From Anaerolineae bacterium (GTDB lineage: Bacteria; Chloroflexota; Anaerolineae; UBA1429), in contig OY776562.1 of assembly GCA_963675785.1 (NCBI GenBank), forward strand, positions 1,952,001-2,016,000: DNA of 64,000 bases, read 5' to 3'. A model generated the notes under the pieces. That model did not search any database. It saw nothing but the letters and a program-made list of their open reading frames with translations, and had not been told where the DNA came from. The position numbers and the translations under genes are program-made. Below, one piece after another: positions 19,623 through 28,701 of this stretch (within the stretch, counting starts at the first letter, position 1; the number at the start of each line of letters is the position of its first letter).

Positions 19623-21995
19623 TCAACACGGAAGTTCCTTGTCAAGTATACGATCAACCTGGTTCCAATCTGAATTTCCATCAAAATATCTATCAATATC
19701 AAAATCTTCTCGGTCAGGCTGCAAGTAGCTGTTTACTGCATTTTCTATTTCATCGTAAGGAACAGAAACATTATCTATCCAATCGCTTATGTAATTGCTG
19801 TAGATATCATTGATATTCTCTAAAGCTGCCCCGATTTCCTCTTTAGCTCGTTCTTCGACCATGTCATGGATCCGGTCAATTGCAGATCCAGCAATTTCAT
19901 CTAACTCGCATGGCCTCTTTGTATTTTTTGTTATCTCATCAATTATTGAATCTATATCCGTATCTTGAACAAAATCGCTGATGAAATACGCGTAAGCATA
20001 TTGCTTAATTGCTATGAAGATTGAATCACAGACGACCTCTAAAAGCTCTTGGAATTGCTTTTGAGTTATCTGGAAAGAACGTCTTTTCTCACAAAAACGC
20101 TCATGAAGCTGATTCACTACTTCCACCAGAGATTCCATTTCTAGATCCCCTAGCATTCTCTCAATAATACTTTTATTGCTCAATATTTGCTGGTCAATTT
20201 TGTAGAACGAAAATAAGGGATCGCATAAAAGAGAAAATAGTATCTTGTCTTTTTCATACCAATCCTTGCTAACAAATACCCCAGACGATATTTCTAGCAG
20301 GATCGGAATAATTAGTTCCGTATATCGCTGATCTAGAATTTTGAACTTACATACTCCATATAAAACGATTTCATCTATATGCCGTATTCTATCTTTTATA
20401 TTTAGTATGCTTCCATTTATTATTTTTTCTAATATCACTTCGTCAATTTTATCTCCATACAAACGTTCTAATTGTTCAAAATATACTGCCGAGCGTTTTA
20501 CATATTCCCAAAACGGTTCATTCTTGTTAAACACAATTCGCAGGTAATCATTAATTGACGGGTTTAGTACTTGTATTAGTTGTTCATTAGTTGAAGGTTG
20601 CACTACCTTAACGAGAGAGCCATTAAGCCGTGCAAGAGCCGCTTCGAAATGATTAATGGTAAAATCAATATCCGGAACTTGCAATAAGCAAGCAGTAAAA
20701 CATTCCTTAAGAATCTCTAGTTCAATAGAATCATCCGTTAATGAATAAAGAACTGCCATGAGTATTCTATCAACAGAACCTAAACGTCTCTCAAATTCCT
20801 CTCTCCAAACATCCTCAGGATTATCCAGACGATCAACTATGTAATCGTAGTATTTATTTGGACAAACAGAGTTATACCGATCCATTGAAGAAACATACTC
20901 GATAATTCGAGGATTATAATTGCGATGAGCAATAATCCTTCGGTAATTCTTGTGCGTCCTCACGCTAGAGTAATACTCATTTGGTACATGGTTAAGAATC
21001 AGATGATTATAGAAAATACGGGCCTTGTAAACATTGCCCATATCGTTCAGATCAATAATATAGAGTTTTATTTTTTCCGATTCAATATATCGAAGAAATT
21101 CTTGAGAACGTTCTTTGGCTGCATTAAGAACCGTTACACGCGAGTTGAGGAGAATGATCTTATTCGGAGTCATTTTCACATATTTCAACAAAGAAAGTAT
21201 TTCGTTTTCTTGCGTTTCTGAAATATGCAGATAGCACTGACCAAGACAGTCATCTATGAATATCATTTCTTTGATATCAGAATCTATTAAAAGAGAGTTT
21301 TTAACATCCCTAACGTTCCCTGCTGTTGTATATCGAACACGATATCCTTGTTTAGCAAAAAAGAGGACCAACATTTTCGATGTGATCGTTTTCCCTACTC
21401 CCGGATCCCCAATGAGCATCAAAGATCGAGTTTTTTCCAATACTTCAACACTTTTATCGAACAAAGGCGTTTGAACAAAGCGCCTGTTATCTTCTTCTGC
21501 ATCTGCCAACAATGACGCACAATCGATAAAGATATCTTGATTATTAATCTCAGATAAAATACCTGTAGCCGAAAACCAAAGTTTACAGTGTTTTCTTGCG
21601 ATCTCTATATTTTGGGGATCAGTAAGGAATCGATCTATTTCAAGCTGTGTGACAATGTTTTTAGCCGAATCCATATAGCTAGCAAACATATTATAAATGT
21701 CAGTGACATTTCCCCGAGTCAATTCCTTCAAACAGCAAATATAGTATTGTTCTGGAGCAAGTTGCTCTATCCTTTCAACTTCTTTCGATAGAGATCGTTT
21801 CAGATTTGAAAACGAGCTACGCATGTAATATTTGACTTGAACGATAATCCTGGGCTTTAAAACATCATCACACAGATCAATTCCCCCATCCTTACCTCGT
21901 CCGAAGCTCCTCAAACTCACGCCCAGCTTCTTCTCCATGATATCCTGGCACAATAATTCGAACTCATAGTCATCTATATTCAGATAATTGAGCAT
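19623..21995 (-). CDS. Mrr-like restriction endonuclease fused to an nSTAND3-type NTPase; putative anti-phage protein
   Basis: N-terminal EFE..C.D...DGGIDL...IVQVK (PD-D/ExK); Walker A GDPGVGKT; Walker B IFIDDCLG; NSR; YNPRII; strongly AT-rich. Confidence 0.8.
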   Translation of the reverse strand: MLNYLNIDDYEFELLCQDIMEKKLGVSLRSFGRGKDGGIDLCDDVLKPRIIVQVKYYMRSSFSNLKRSLSKEVERIEQLAPEQYYICCLKELTRGNVTDIYNMFASYMDSAKNIVTQLEIDRFLTDPQNIEIARKHCKLWFSATGILSEINNQDIFIDCASLLADAEEDNRRFVQTPLFDKSVEVLEKTRSLMLIGDPGVGKTITSKMLVLFFAKQGYRVRYTTAGNVRDVKNSLLIDSDIKEMIFIDDCLGQCYLHISETQENEILSLLKYVKMTPNKIILLNSRVTVLNAAKERSQEFLRYIESEKIKLYIIDLNDMGNVYKARIFYNHLILNHVPNEYYSSVRTHKNYRRIIAHRNYNPRIIEYVSSMDRYNSVCPNKYYDYIVDRLDNPEDVWREEFERRLGSVDRILMAVLYSLTDDSIELEILKECFTACLLQVPDIDFTINHFEAALARLNGSLVKVVQPSTNEQLIQVLNPSINDYLRIVFNKNEPFWEYVKRSAVYFEQLERLYGDKIDEVILEKIINGSILNIKDRIRHIDEIVLYGVCKFKILDQRYTELIIPILLEISSGVFVSKDWYEKDKILFSLLCDPLFSFYKIDQQILSNKSIIERMLGDLEMESLVEVVNQLHERFCEKRRSFQITQKQFQELLEVVCDSIFIAIKQYAYAYFISDFVQDTDIDSIIDEITKNTKRPCELDEIAGSAIDRIHDMVEERAKEEIGAALENINDIYSNYISDWIDNVSVPYDEIENAVNSYLQPDREDFDIDRYFDGNSDWNQVDRILDKELPC

Positions 21996-22246
21996 CTAGT
22001 TTGTCCTTCTCACCATTTTGAACGCCACCGAAGACAGTTATGCCAAAACTAAGCATAACAATCTCGCTACTTCTAACTTATTCATCCAGACGTATGAGCT
22101 TCCAGTTCTCTTCTGAAGAACATTAACTATAACTAGTCATTGATAACAAAATCAAAGTGAACTTACCTTCGCTCCAGTATATTATAGCAATCACAAGAGA
22201 AATTAGTAGCGTTCTCAAACGAGGAAAGGACCTAGAAGGACGAACA

Positions 22247-22278
22247 CAAAAAGGGTCAGCTCTCACGAGCTGACCCTT
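22247..22278 (-). terminator. Terminator downstream of tRNA-Asp
   Basis: AAGGGTCAGCTC-TCAC-GAGCTGACCCTT plus T-tract on the minus strand. Confidence 0.8.
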
Positions 22279-22279
22279 A

Positions 22280-22356
22280 TGGCGGAAGCGACGGGAGTTG
22301 AACCCGCGATCTTCGGCTTGACAGGCCGACATGTTAGACCACTACACCACGCCTCC
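22280..22356 (-). tRNA. tRNA-Asp(GTC), 77 nt, encoded CCA
   Basis: GGAGGCG...TCGGC-CTGTCAA-GCCGA...GGTTCAACTCCC...CGCTTCCGCCA cloverleaf. Confidence 0.97.
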
Positions 22357-22556
22357 AATGTCCACGATAATAGCATAGATGCCCTGCGCCGCCAAAAACA
22401 GGTGTCGTCTCGACGCTATAGCCGAGCAGTGCTAGAATGCCCGTAGCAATTTCTGAGGTCCAGCCCCTGTGCGGCAAACTGACGATGACTGTCAAAGGTG
22501 AACCTTCATTCAAACGCGCACCGTAAAAAGCCATATCACCTTAGGAGTTTGACCCT

Positions 22557-23504
22557 ATGCCCTATCAAGTGTTGACGAACCAGGAACCCGTTGAAACTGT
22601 CCTCGACCTCGTAGGCGACGAGGTCGAATTTCATGTTTGGGATCCAAACGACCAAGACTTGGCTGCCAAGCTGCCCGAGATCGAGGGTGTTTATCTCTAT
22701 GGCCTTTTGCGTGTAACTCGCGAATTGATGGACAAGATGCCAGCGCTCAAAGTTGTGTGCACCACGAGTGTGGGCTATGACCATATCGATGTCGAGGCGG
22801 CCCGCGAACGGGGTATTGCTGTAGGCCACACGCCGCACGTGCTCAGTGGCGCTGTCGCCGATATGGCCTTTGCACTGATGCTCTCTTTGACGCGTAATGT
22901 ACTCCCCGCCAACGAATATGCCCACGGTTCCAAATTCACAGCTTTTCTCCCCGAAATATTCATGGGGCACGAAGTACACGATAGCACGATCGGCATTGTC
23001 GGCCTGGGCAACATTGGCAAAGAAATCGCCAAGCGAGCCCATGGCTTTGATATGAACATCCTCTATTACGATATCCGCCAGAATCCAGCGATTGAAGAGG
23101 CCTATGGCGCCCAATTCTGCGCCCTGAACGAGCTCTTCCAACATGCAGATTACGTGGTGCTCATGGTTCCCCTAACCAAATCCACCTATCATTTGATCGG
23201 CGAGGAACAATTGCGCCTGATGAAGCCCACCGCTGAACTCATCAATATCTCGCGCGGAGGCGTGCTCGACCACAAAGCGCTATACAAGGCACTCACAGAG
23301 GGCTGGATTCGTGGGGCGGCTCTAGACGTCACCGAACCCGAACCCCTGCCGCGCGACCATCCGTTGCTTGAGCTAGATAACCTCATCATCACGCCGCATC
23401 TGGGTACCTCCACCTGGGAGACGCGCGATGCCATGCTCGACCTGGCCATCCGCAATCTGCTGGCTGGTCTGCGCGGCGAGCCCATGCCCGCTCGTGCAGT
23501 CTAA
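22557..23504 (+). CDS. D-2-hydroxyacid dehydrogenase (glyoxylate/hydroxypyruvate reductase-like), paralog 1
   Basis: GLGNIG, NISRG, LDVTEPEP, PHLG. Confidence 0.92.
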   Translation: MPYQVLTNQEPVETVLDLVGDEVEFHVWDPNDQDLAAKLPEIEGVYLYGLLRVTRELMDKMPALKVVCTTSVGYDHIDVEAARERGIAVGHTPHVLSGAVADMAFALMLSLTRNVLPANEYAHGSKFTAFLPEIFMGHEVHDSTIGIVGLGNIGKEIAKRAHGFDMNILYYDIRQNPAIEEAYGAQFCALNELFQHADYVVLMVPLTKSTYHLIGEEQLRLMKPTAELINISRGGVLDHKALYKALTEGWIRGAALDVTEPEPLPRDHPLLELDNLIITPHLGTSTWETRDAMLDLAIRNLLAGLRGEPMPARAV

Positions 23505-23515
23505 AAGATAGAATC

Positions 23516-23554
23516 AAAAAGCTCTTTATCTCAATTGAGGTGAAGAGCTTTTTT
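23516..23554 (+). terminator. Intrinsic terminator
   Basis: AAAAAGCTCTT...AAGAGCTTTTTT. Confidence 0.75.
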
Positions 23555-23680
23555 GTTAATAGAGCATCTACGGCACAGAGCTCGACCCCACATTTCTACA
23601 GTGTTACACTACAGACATCACAATCTATCAATTATGGCTACCCCTTATTACGCCGATTACCTCGAATCAGGAGTGTCGAT

Positions 23681-24628
23681 ATGGCTCATCAGGTTTTGAC
23701 AAACGAACCCCCTACAGCCGATTTACTCTCACTCACCGGCGATCAAATCGACTTTTACGTGTGGGATCCAGAAAACGCGCAAATCCAAGCGCTGCTTCCT
23801 CAGATTGAAGGCATCTTTTTGCGTAGCCATTTGCACATCGATGGCGCTTTTATGGACCGTCTGCCAGCACTCAAAGTCATTAGCAACACAGGCGTCGGTG
23901 TCGATCACATCAATCTGGATGATGCTCGCGCACGCGGTATTCCCGTAGGCAACACTCCCAGCGTGCTCAATGGCGCAGTGGCCGATATGGCCTTTGCCCT
24001 CATGCTCGCTTTCTCGCGCAATCTGGTGCCCGCAGCCAATTATGCCTGTTCGCCCAAATTCACGACCTATGAAGTGAATGCTTTTCTCGGCCACGAGGTA
24101 CACAGCACAACCCTCGGCATCATCGGCCTGGGAAAAATCGGCCAAGAAATAGCCAAGCGTGCCCAAGGATTCGGCATGTCAATCTTGTACTATAACCGCC
24201 ACCGTGATCCTTATGCAGAACAAACTTTGGAAGCGGTGTACTGTCCACTATCCGAACTCTTGAGTCGCTCCGACTATGTGGTGCTCATGGTCCCCCTCAC
24301 CAGCGAAACCCGCCACATGATTGGGCAAACCGAACTGCGGCAGATGAAATCCTCTGCCGTCCTGGTCAACATGGCCCGTGGTGGCGTGGTTGACCATGAT
24401 GCTTTGGTCATCGCCCTACAGAAAAATTGGATTCGCGGAGCCGCGCTTGACGTTACGGAGCCCGAGCCCTTACCGCGTGATCATCCCTTGCTCACCATCG
24501 ATAACGTGCTCATCTTGCCCCATCTGGGCAGTGCCACAGTGGAAACACGCCAAGCCATGTTGGAATTATCCGTCGCCAATCTTTTTGCCGGATTGCGCGG
24601 CGAAGCCCTCCCCGCTCGCATTGCCTGA
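23681..24628 (+). CDS. D-2-hydroxyacid dehydrogenase, paralog 2
   Basis: Same motifs; start ATG23681 with AGGAG RBS gives the same 948-bp length as the other paralogs. Confidence 0.92.
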   Translation: MAHQVLTNEPPTADLLSLTGDQIDFYVWDPENAQIQALLPQIEGIFLRSHLHIDGAFMDRLPALKVISNTGVGVDHINLDDARARGIPVGNTPSVLNGAVADMAFALMLAFSRNLVPAANYACSPKFTTYEVNAFLGHEVHSTTLGIIGLGKIGQEIAKRAQGFGMSILYYNRHRDPYAEQTLEAVYCPLSELLSRSDYVVLMVPLTSETRHMIGQTELRQMKSSAVLVNMARGGVVDHDALVIALQKNWIRGAALDVTEPEPLPRDHPLLTIDNVLILPHLGSATVETRQAMLELSVANLFAGLRGEALPARIA

Positions 24629-24641
24629 TCGACGAAAAATC

Positions 24642-24673
24642 AAGGCTCCTCTTTGTTAAAGAGGAGCCTTTTT
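24642..24673 (+). terminator. Intrinsic terminator
   Basis: AAGGCTCCTCTTT-GTT-AAAGAGGAGCCTTTTT. Confidence 0.8.
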
Positions 24674-24808
24674 CTCCCTACAGAGTCAAACGTTGTAGTA
24701 CTTGCACAATAGCCAAGCTCGACGCCTCAGCCAGGTGATGCTAAACTGGTCAATGATTGAATCTCAATATACAGCTTTTTCCCACACACATGATCAGGAG
24801 TTTACGAA

Positions 24809-25756
24809 ATGGCCTACCAGGTTTTAACGAACATCCCCCCTTTACCCAAGGTACGTGAGGCAGCTGGCGACCTGATCGATTTTCATGTGTGGGATCCCGA
24901 TGATGCCGAAATAGTAGCCAAGCTGTCCGAGATCGAGGGCATATTTATCTACGGCTTGCTGCCCATCGATGGCGCTTTTATGGACCGCATGCCCAAGCTC
25001 AAGGTCATTTGCACCACCAGCGTCGGCGTCGATCACATTAACCTGAATGACGCCCGTGCCCGCGGCATTCCTGTGGGCAATGTGCCCGGCATCCTCGATG
25101 GCGCCGTGGCCGACTTGGCTTTTGCTATTTTGCTGGCCTATGCCCGCAACATCGTGACTGCCGTCAACTACGCCCATAGTCCCGAGTTTACTGTCTATGA
25201 CCCTACGGGGTTTATGGGACACGAAGTACACAGCACCACTCTGGGCATCATGGGCTTGGGCAATATCGGCAAGGCTATCGCCAAGCGTGCCCTCGCCTTT
25301 GATATGAACATCCTCTATCACAATCGTCACCGCGACCTGGAAGCCGAAAAGACCTACCATGCCGAATACTGTTCCATGCCCGATTTATTCGGTCGTGCCG
25401 ATTACGTGCTGCTGATGGTTCCCCTAACTCAAGAGACCTATCACATGATCGGCGCCGAGCAGCTGCATTGGCTGAAACCGACGGGCGTGCTAATCAATAT
25501 GGCCCGCGGCGGTGTGGTCGATCACGATGCCCTGGTTACCGCCCTGCAGGAAAAGTGGTTCCGTGGTGCGGTGTTGGATGTCACCGAGCCTGAGCCCCTG
25601 CCACGCGATCATCCCTTGCTCAGCATGGATAACGTACTCATCTCGCCACACCTCGGTAGTTCGACCATCGAGACGCGTGAGGCCATGATGGTTGCCTCTG
25701 TGGAAAACCTGCTGGCGGGATTGCGTGGCCAACCATTACCCATGCGCAAAGCTTGA
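24809..25756 (+). CDS. D-2-hydroxyacid dehydrogenase, paralog 3
   Basis: Same motifs as paralogs 1 and 2. Confidence 0.92.
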   Translation: MAYQVLTNIPPLPKVREAAGDLIDFHVWDPDDAEIVAKLSEIEGIFIYGLLPIDGAFMDRMPKLKVICTTSVGVDHINLNDARARGIPVGNVPGILDGAVADLAFAILLAYARNIVTAVNYAHSPEFTVYDPTGFMGHEVHSTTLGIMGLGNIGKAIAKRALAFDMNILYHNRHRDLEAEKTYHAEYCSMPDLFGRADYVLLMVPLTQETYHMIGAEQLHWLKPTGVLINMARGGVVDHDALVTALQEKWFRGAVLDVTEPEPLPRDHPLLSMDNVLISPHLGSSTIETREAMMVASVENLLAGLRGQPLPMRKA

Positions 25757-25894
25757 TCAGAATTGGCGCTTTGGGGACCCTGTAATGCGAAGGGACGGAA
25801 TCTTTAAGATTCCGTCCCGTTGTTTTCTCTGTTTGGTCGCGATGGAACATCTTGTAACAAACCTGCTCTAGCTCGCTGCAGGCTTAAGCCGTCC

Positions 25895-26674
25895 TTACAC
25901 CAGTGTAAAGCCACCGTCTACCAAAATGAACTGTCCTTGCACATAACTCGAGGCATCGCTGGAGAGATAAAGCACGGTGCCATTCAACTCGCCATGTCGC
26001 CCAGGTCGACTTGATGGATTAAGGTACGAATAGCCCTTGAGGAACGCATCAGACTTGAACAACGTATCGCTGGTCATTTCGGTCTCAAACAGTGCCGGTC
26101 CAATGGCATTGACGGTAATACCATACTGAGCATAGCTTGCCGCCATGGCCATCGTTAGGCCCAGAACTGCGGCTTTGGAAGCATTATAGGAGTGACGAAT
26201 AAACGTATCTTCCTTGTTAGCCACAACTGCGTTGACCGAGGCGATGTTAACGATCTTGCCGTAACCCCGCTCTTTCATGTGCGGAACAATGTACTTGCTG
26301 GCCAAAAAGATGCCCTTGACGTTGGTATCAAAGGACCGATTCCATTCCTCTACCGTCAACGTGTCGACGCCACCCTTTACAGCCACGCCCGCGTTATTCA
26401 GCAGAATATCCACCTTGCCAAACTCGGCGATTACCGCTTCCATAGCTGCCTTGACGCTGTCTTCAGAGGTTACATCGCACTGCACTGCCAAAACACGATG
26501 GCCGTACTTTTCGAGGTCGGCCTTGACCGCTTCTAGCTTTTCCACACGGCGTGCCAGAATAGCAACATCTGCCCCTGCTTCGGCATAAGCCTGCGCGGCT
26601 TCTTTGCCTAACCCTGCAGATGCGCCAGTAACCACTGCTACCTTACCAGTCAAATCAAAGTAATTCACCATCAT
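25895..26674 (-). CDS. Classical SDR oxidoreductase
   Basis: TGASAGLG, NNAG, YNASK. Confidence 0.92.
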   Translation of the reverse strand: MMVNYFDLTGKVAVVTGASAGLGKEAAQAYAEAGADVAILARRVEKLEAVKADLEKYGHRVLAVQCDVTSEDSVKAAMEAVIAEFGKVDILLNNAGVAVKGGVDTLTVEEWNRSFDTNVKGIFLASKYIVPHMKERGYGKIVNIASVNAVVANKEDTFIRHSYNASKAAVLGLTMAMAASYAQYGITVNAIGPALFETEMTSDTLFKSDAFLKGYSYLNPSSRPGRHGELNGTVLYLSSDASSYVQGQFILVDGGFTLV

Positions 26675-26775
26675 ACACTCCTTCGTGCTAAATTGCACAA
26701 AGTGCATATTACGAGTCTGACTGGCTTTTGTCAAACTAAGAAAACCGCCGCCTGTAAAGTGTGTTTGGGTACGAA

Positions 26776-28512
26776 CTAGATCCCGCCATTGGGTTCAAAG
26801 CGCTTCCGCGCCAACTTGCCTGTGCCCCACAGCAACAGCGTTATACCTGGCAACACGCAGCCCCAGGCAATCAAGGACAACTCTATCGAGGTCGTGTTCA
26901 CCAGGAAGGGTTCACCAGACAAACGCGACAACACCCTGGCCAAGAGTATGAGCGCAGCCAACCCCAAACCTTGCGCCAAAGGCCAGGCGCTTGCTACCAC
27001 AACACCTGCCAAGCGTCCACCGGCTTTGGAGGAAGCAAGATAGAGAACAGCCCCACACCAGCCTAATAAAGCCGAGGCCAAGGGTCCAATGAACGAAAAG
27101 ACCAGAGGTTTGCTGGTGATCGTCACCTCACCCAAGCGCAGTAGGATATAGAGCGCATGTCCCCCTCCCAATATCAGGCCCACTAGCAAAGCTGCTAACA
27201 ATTGTTGGCGAGTCAATGAGGAACGCCGCCACCTCAACAACCCAATGAGCAACGCAACAATGGAGAAGACGATGCTGGACAGCGGCGTGCCTGTGTCGTT
27301 GAGATAAACCAGCGTATGATCCAACCCATCGCCCAAAGTGCTAAACACGGTTTGTACTAGGGGAGCTTGTTGTGACAGATGTAAAGTGAGGTCGCCCCCA
27401 TCTTGCACCAGCAGCACCAGCCGATCCGTGCCTACTACCGCCGTCTGCAAGTCCGCGTTGTAATAGCGCTGGCCCTCACGCACCGCCGTATAGTCCTCGA
27501 CTGAGACATATTCATACTCGGCCGCATCCTCCAGACGAATGAGCGCCACCCCGCTGGGTACACCACTGAGGCGCACCAAACGTGTGCCATCCTCGAGGGT
27601 CGCATCCTCTTGCACCACATAGGGTGCCGTGTTATTCAACGCCAGGCGCGGATCGCCCAACATGATGACTAATCCAGTCGTTGCATAGCCTTGTTCCGCA
27701 GCCTCATTTTGCAGCGCCACCACCTGCCCCACCGTGAACCCTGTCCAGGTTTGGGCAAAAGGAGCTGCCTCGAACACGCCGGGCACATAGCCAGAATTCG
27801 GGCTGGTGGCTAAACCAACATACGCCACTGCACCACGCTCTATCATGGTTAACGCCATATTCTCAGGCCCGCTCCAAAGGTTTGTCGTCTCACAGGCAGC
27901 CGTCCCTACCAGACAGGCACCGAGTTCAGGAATATCGACAGAATCAAAGCCAACATAGGTGCTGGCATCCAAGCCCCAATAACTGGGTCCACCATGCCCC
28001 ACATAGGAGAGATAAGAGGTACTACTCAAAGCCAAAGTGAGAGAGGTCGAATTCAACGCAGTGGTTGCGCCATCCTCCGCAATGATTATCCCCTCCTCGA
28101 CATGTGATTCGGGATCGGCCCCATGCACGCAATACATCAGCCCATCTCCCAAAGCCAAACGCCGCTGCCATAGAGTCTGCGCATCCTCCAACGTATTACC
28201 CGTAATGAGACCCAAAGCCACAACCTGTTCGGCCTCGCGAACAGTCTGCCGCACCTCGATGAGATCCTCTTCCGTGATCGTCTCGGGATCGACCACCCAG
28301 ATGATGTATTCGGGCTGGTAGGCCAGCGCTTGGTCGAGCGAATCGACCAGGGGGATCCCTTCTTCCTCCGCAATCTGCTGCGCCAGAGCAGCATAAGCAT
28401 CGCCGCCACGGCACCAAACAACTGTGGTGGACTCGCTACTCTCTGCCGCACAAAGGGGAGAAATCAAAGTCAGGGCTAGGACAAACAAGACAACGAACCT
28501 GCGAATACGCAT
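26776..28512 (-). CDS. Secreted, C-terminally membrane-anchored protein with a possible clan CD (C25/gingipain-like) peptidase domain
   Basis: Signal peptide; YVGHGG...TAACET...GAVAYVG; several C-terminal TMs. Confidence 0.5.
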   Translation of the reverse strand: MRIRRFVVLFVLALTLISPLCAAESSESTTVVWCRGGDAYAALAQQIAEEEGIPLVDSLDQALAYQPEYIIWVVDPETITEEDLIEVRQTVREAEQVVALGLITGNTLEDAQTLWQRRLALGDGLMYCVHGADPESHVEEGIIIAEDGATTALNSTSLTLALSSTSYLSYVGHGGPSYWGLDASTYVGFDSVDIPELGACLVGTAACETTNLWSGPENMALTMIERGAVAYVGLATSPNSGYVPGVFEAAPFAQTWTGFTVGQVVALQNEAAEQGYATTGLVIMLGDPRLALNNTAPYVVQEDATLEDGTRLVRLSGVPSGVALIRLEDAAEYEYVSVEDYTAVREGQRYYNADLQTAVVGTDRLVLLVQDGGDLTLHLSQQAPLVQTVFSTLGDGLDHTLVYLNDTGTPLSSIVFSIVALLIGLLRWRRSSLTRQQLLAALLVGLILGGGHALYILLRLGEVTITSKPLVFSFIGPLASALLGWCGAVLYLASSKAGGRLAGVVVASAWPLAQGLGLAALILLARVLSRLSGEPFLVNTTSIELSLIAWGCVLPGITLLLWGTGKLARKRFEPNGGI

Positions 28513-28701
28513 AGAATCCTCCTGTTACGCCGAGACAAGATGCTCAGAGCATAACAACGTTGCGCTCTCAGGTGTACGCAAAACCTCTCACAAACTACCG
28601 AAAAAGCGCCTTTATCTTGAGAGAAAAGCAAAATCATGGGGCATTCCTGAATCTATATCAGAAATGCCCCTCTTTTCCGCAATGCAAAGGCCCTATTCTT
28701 T

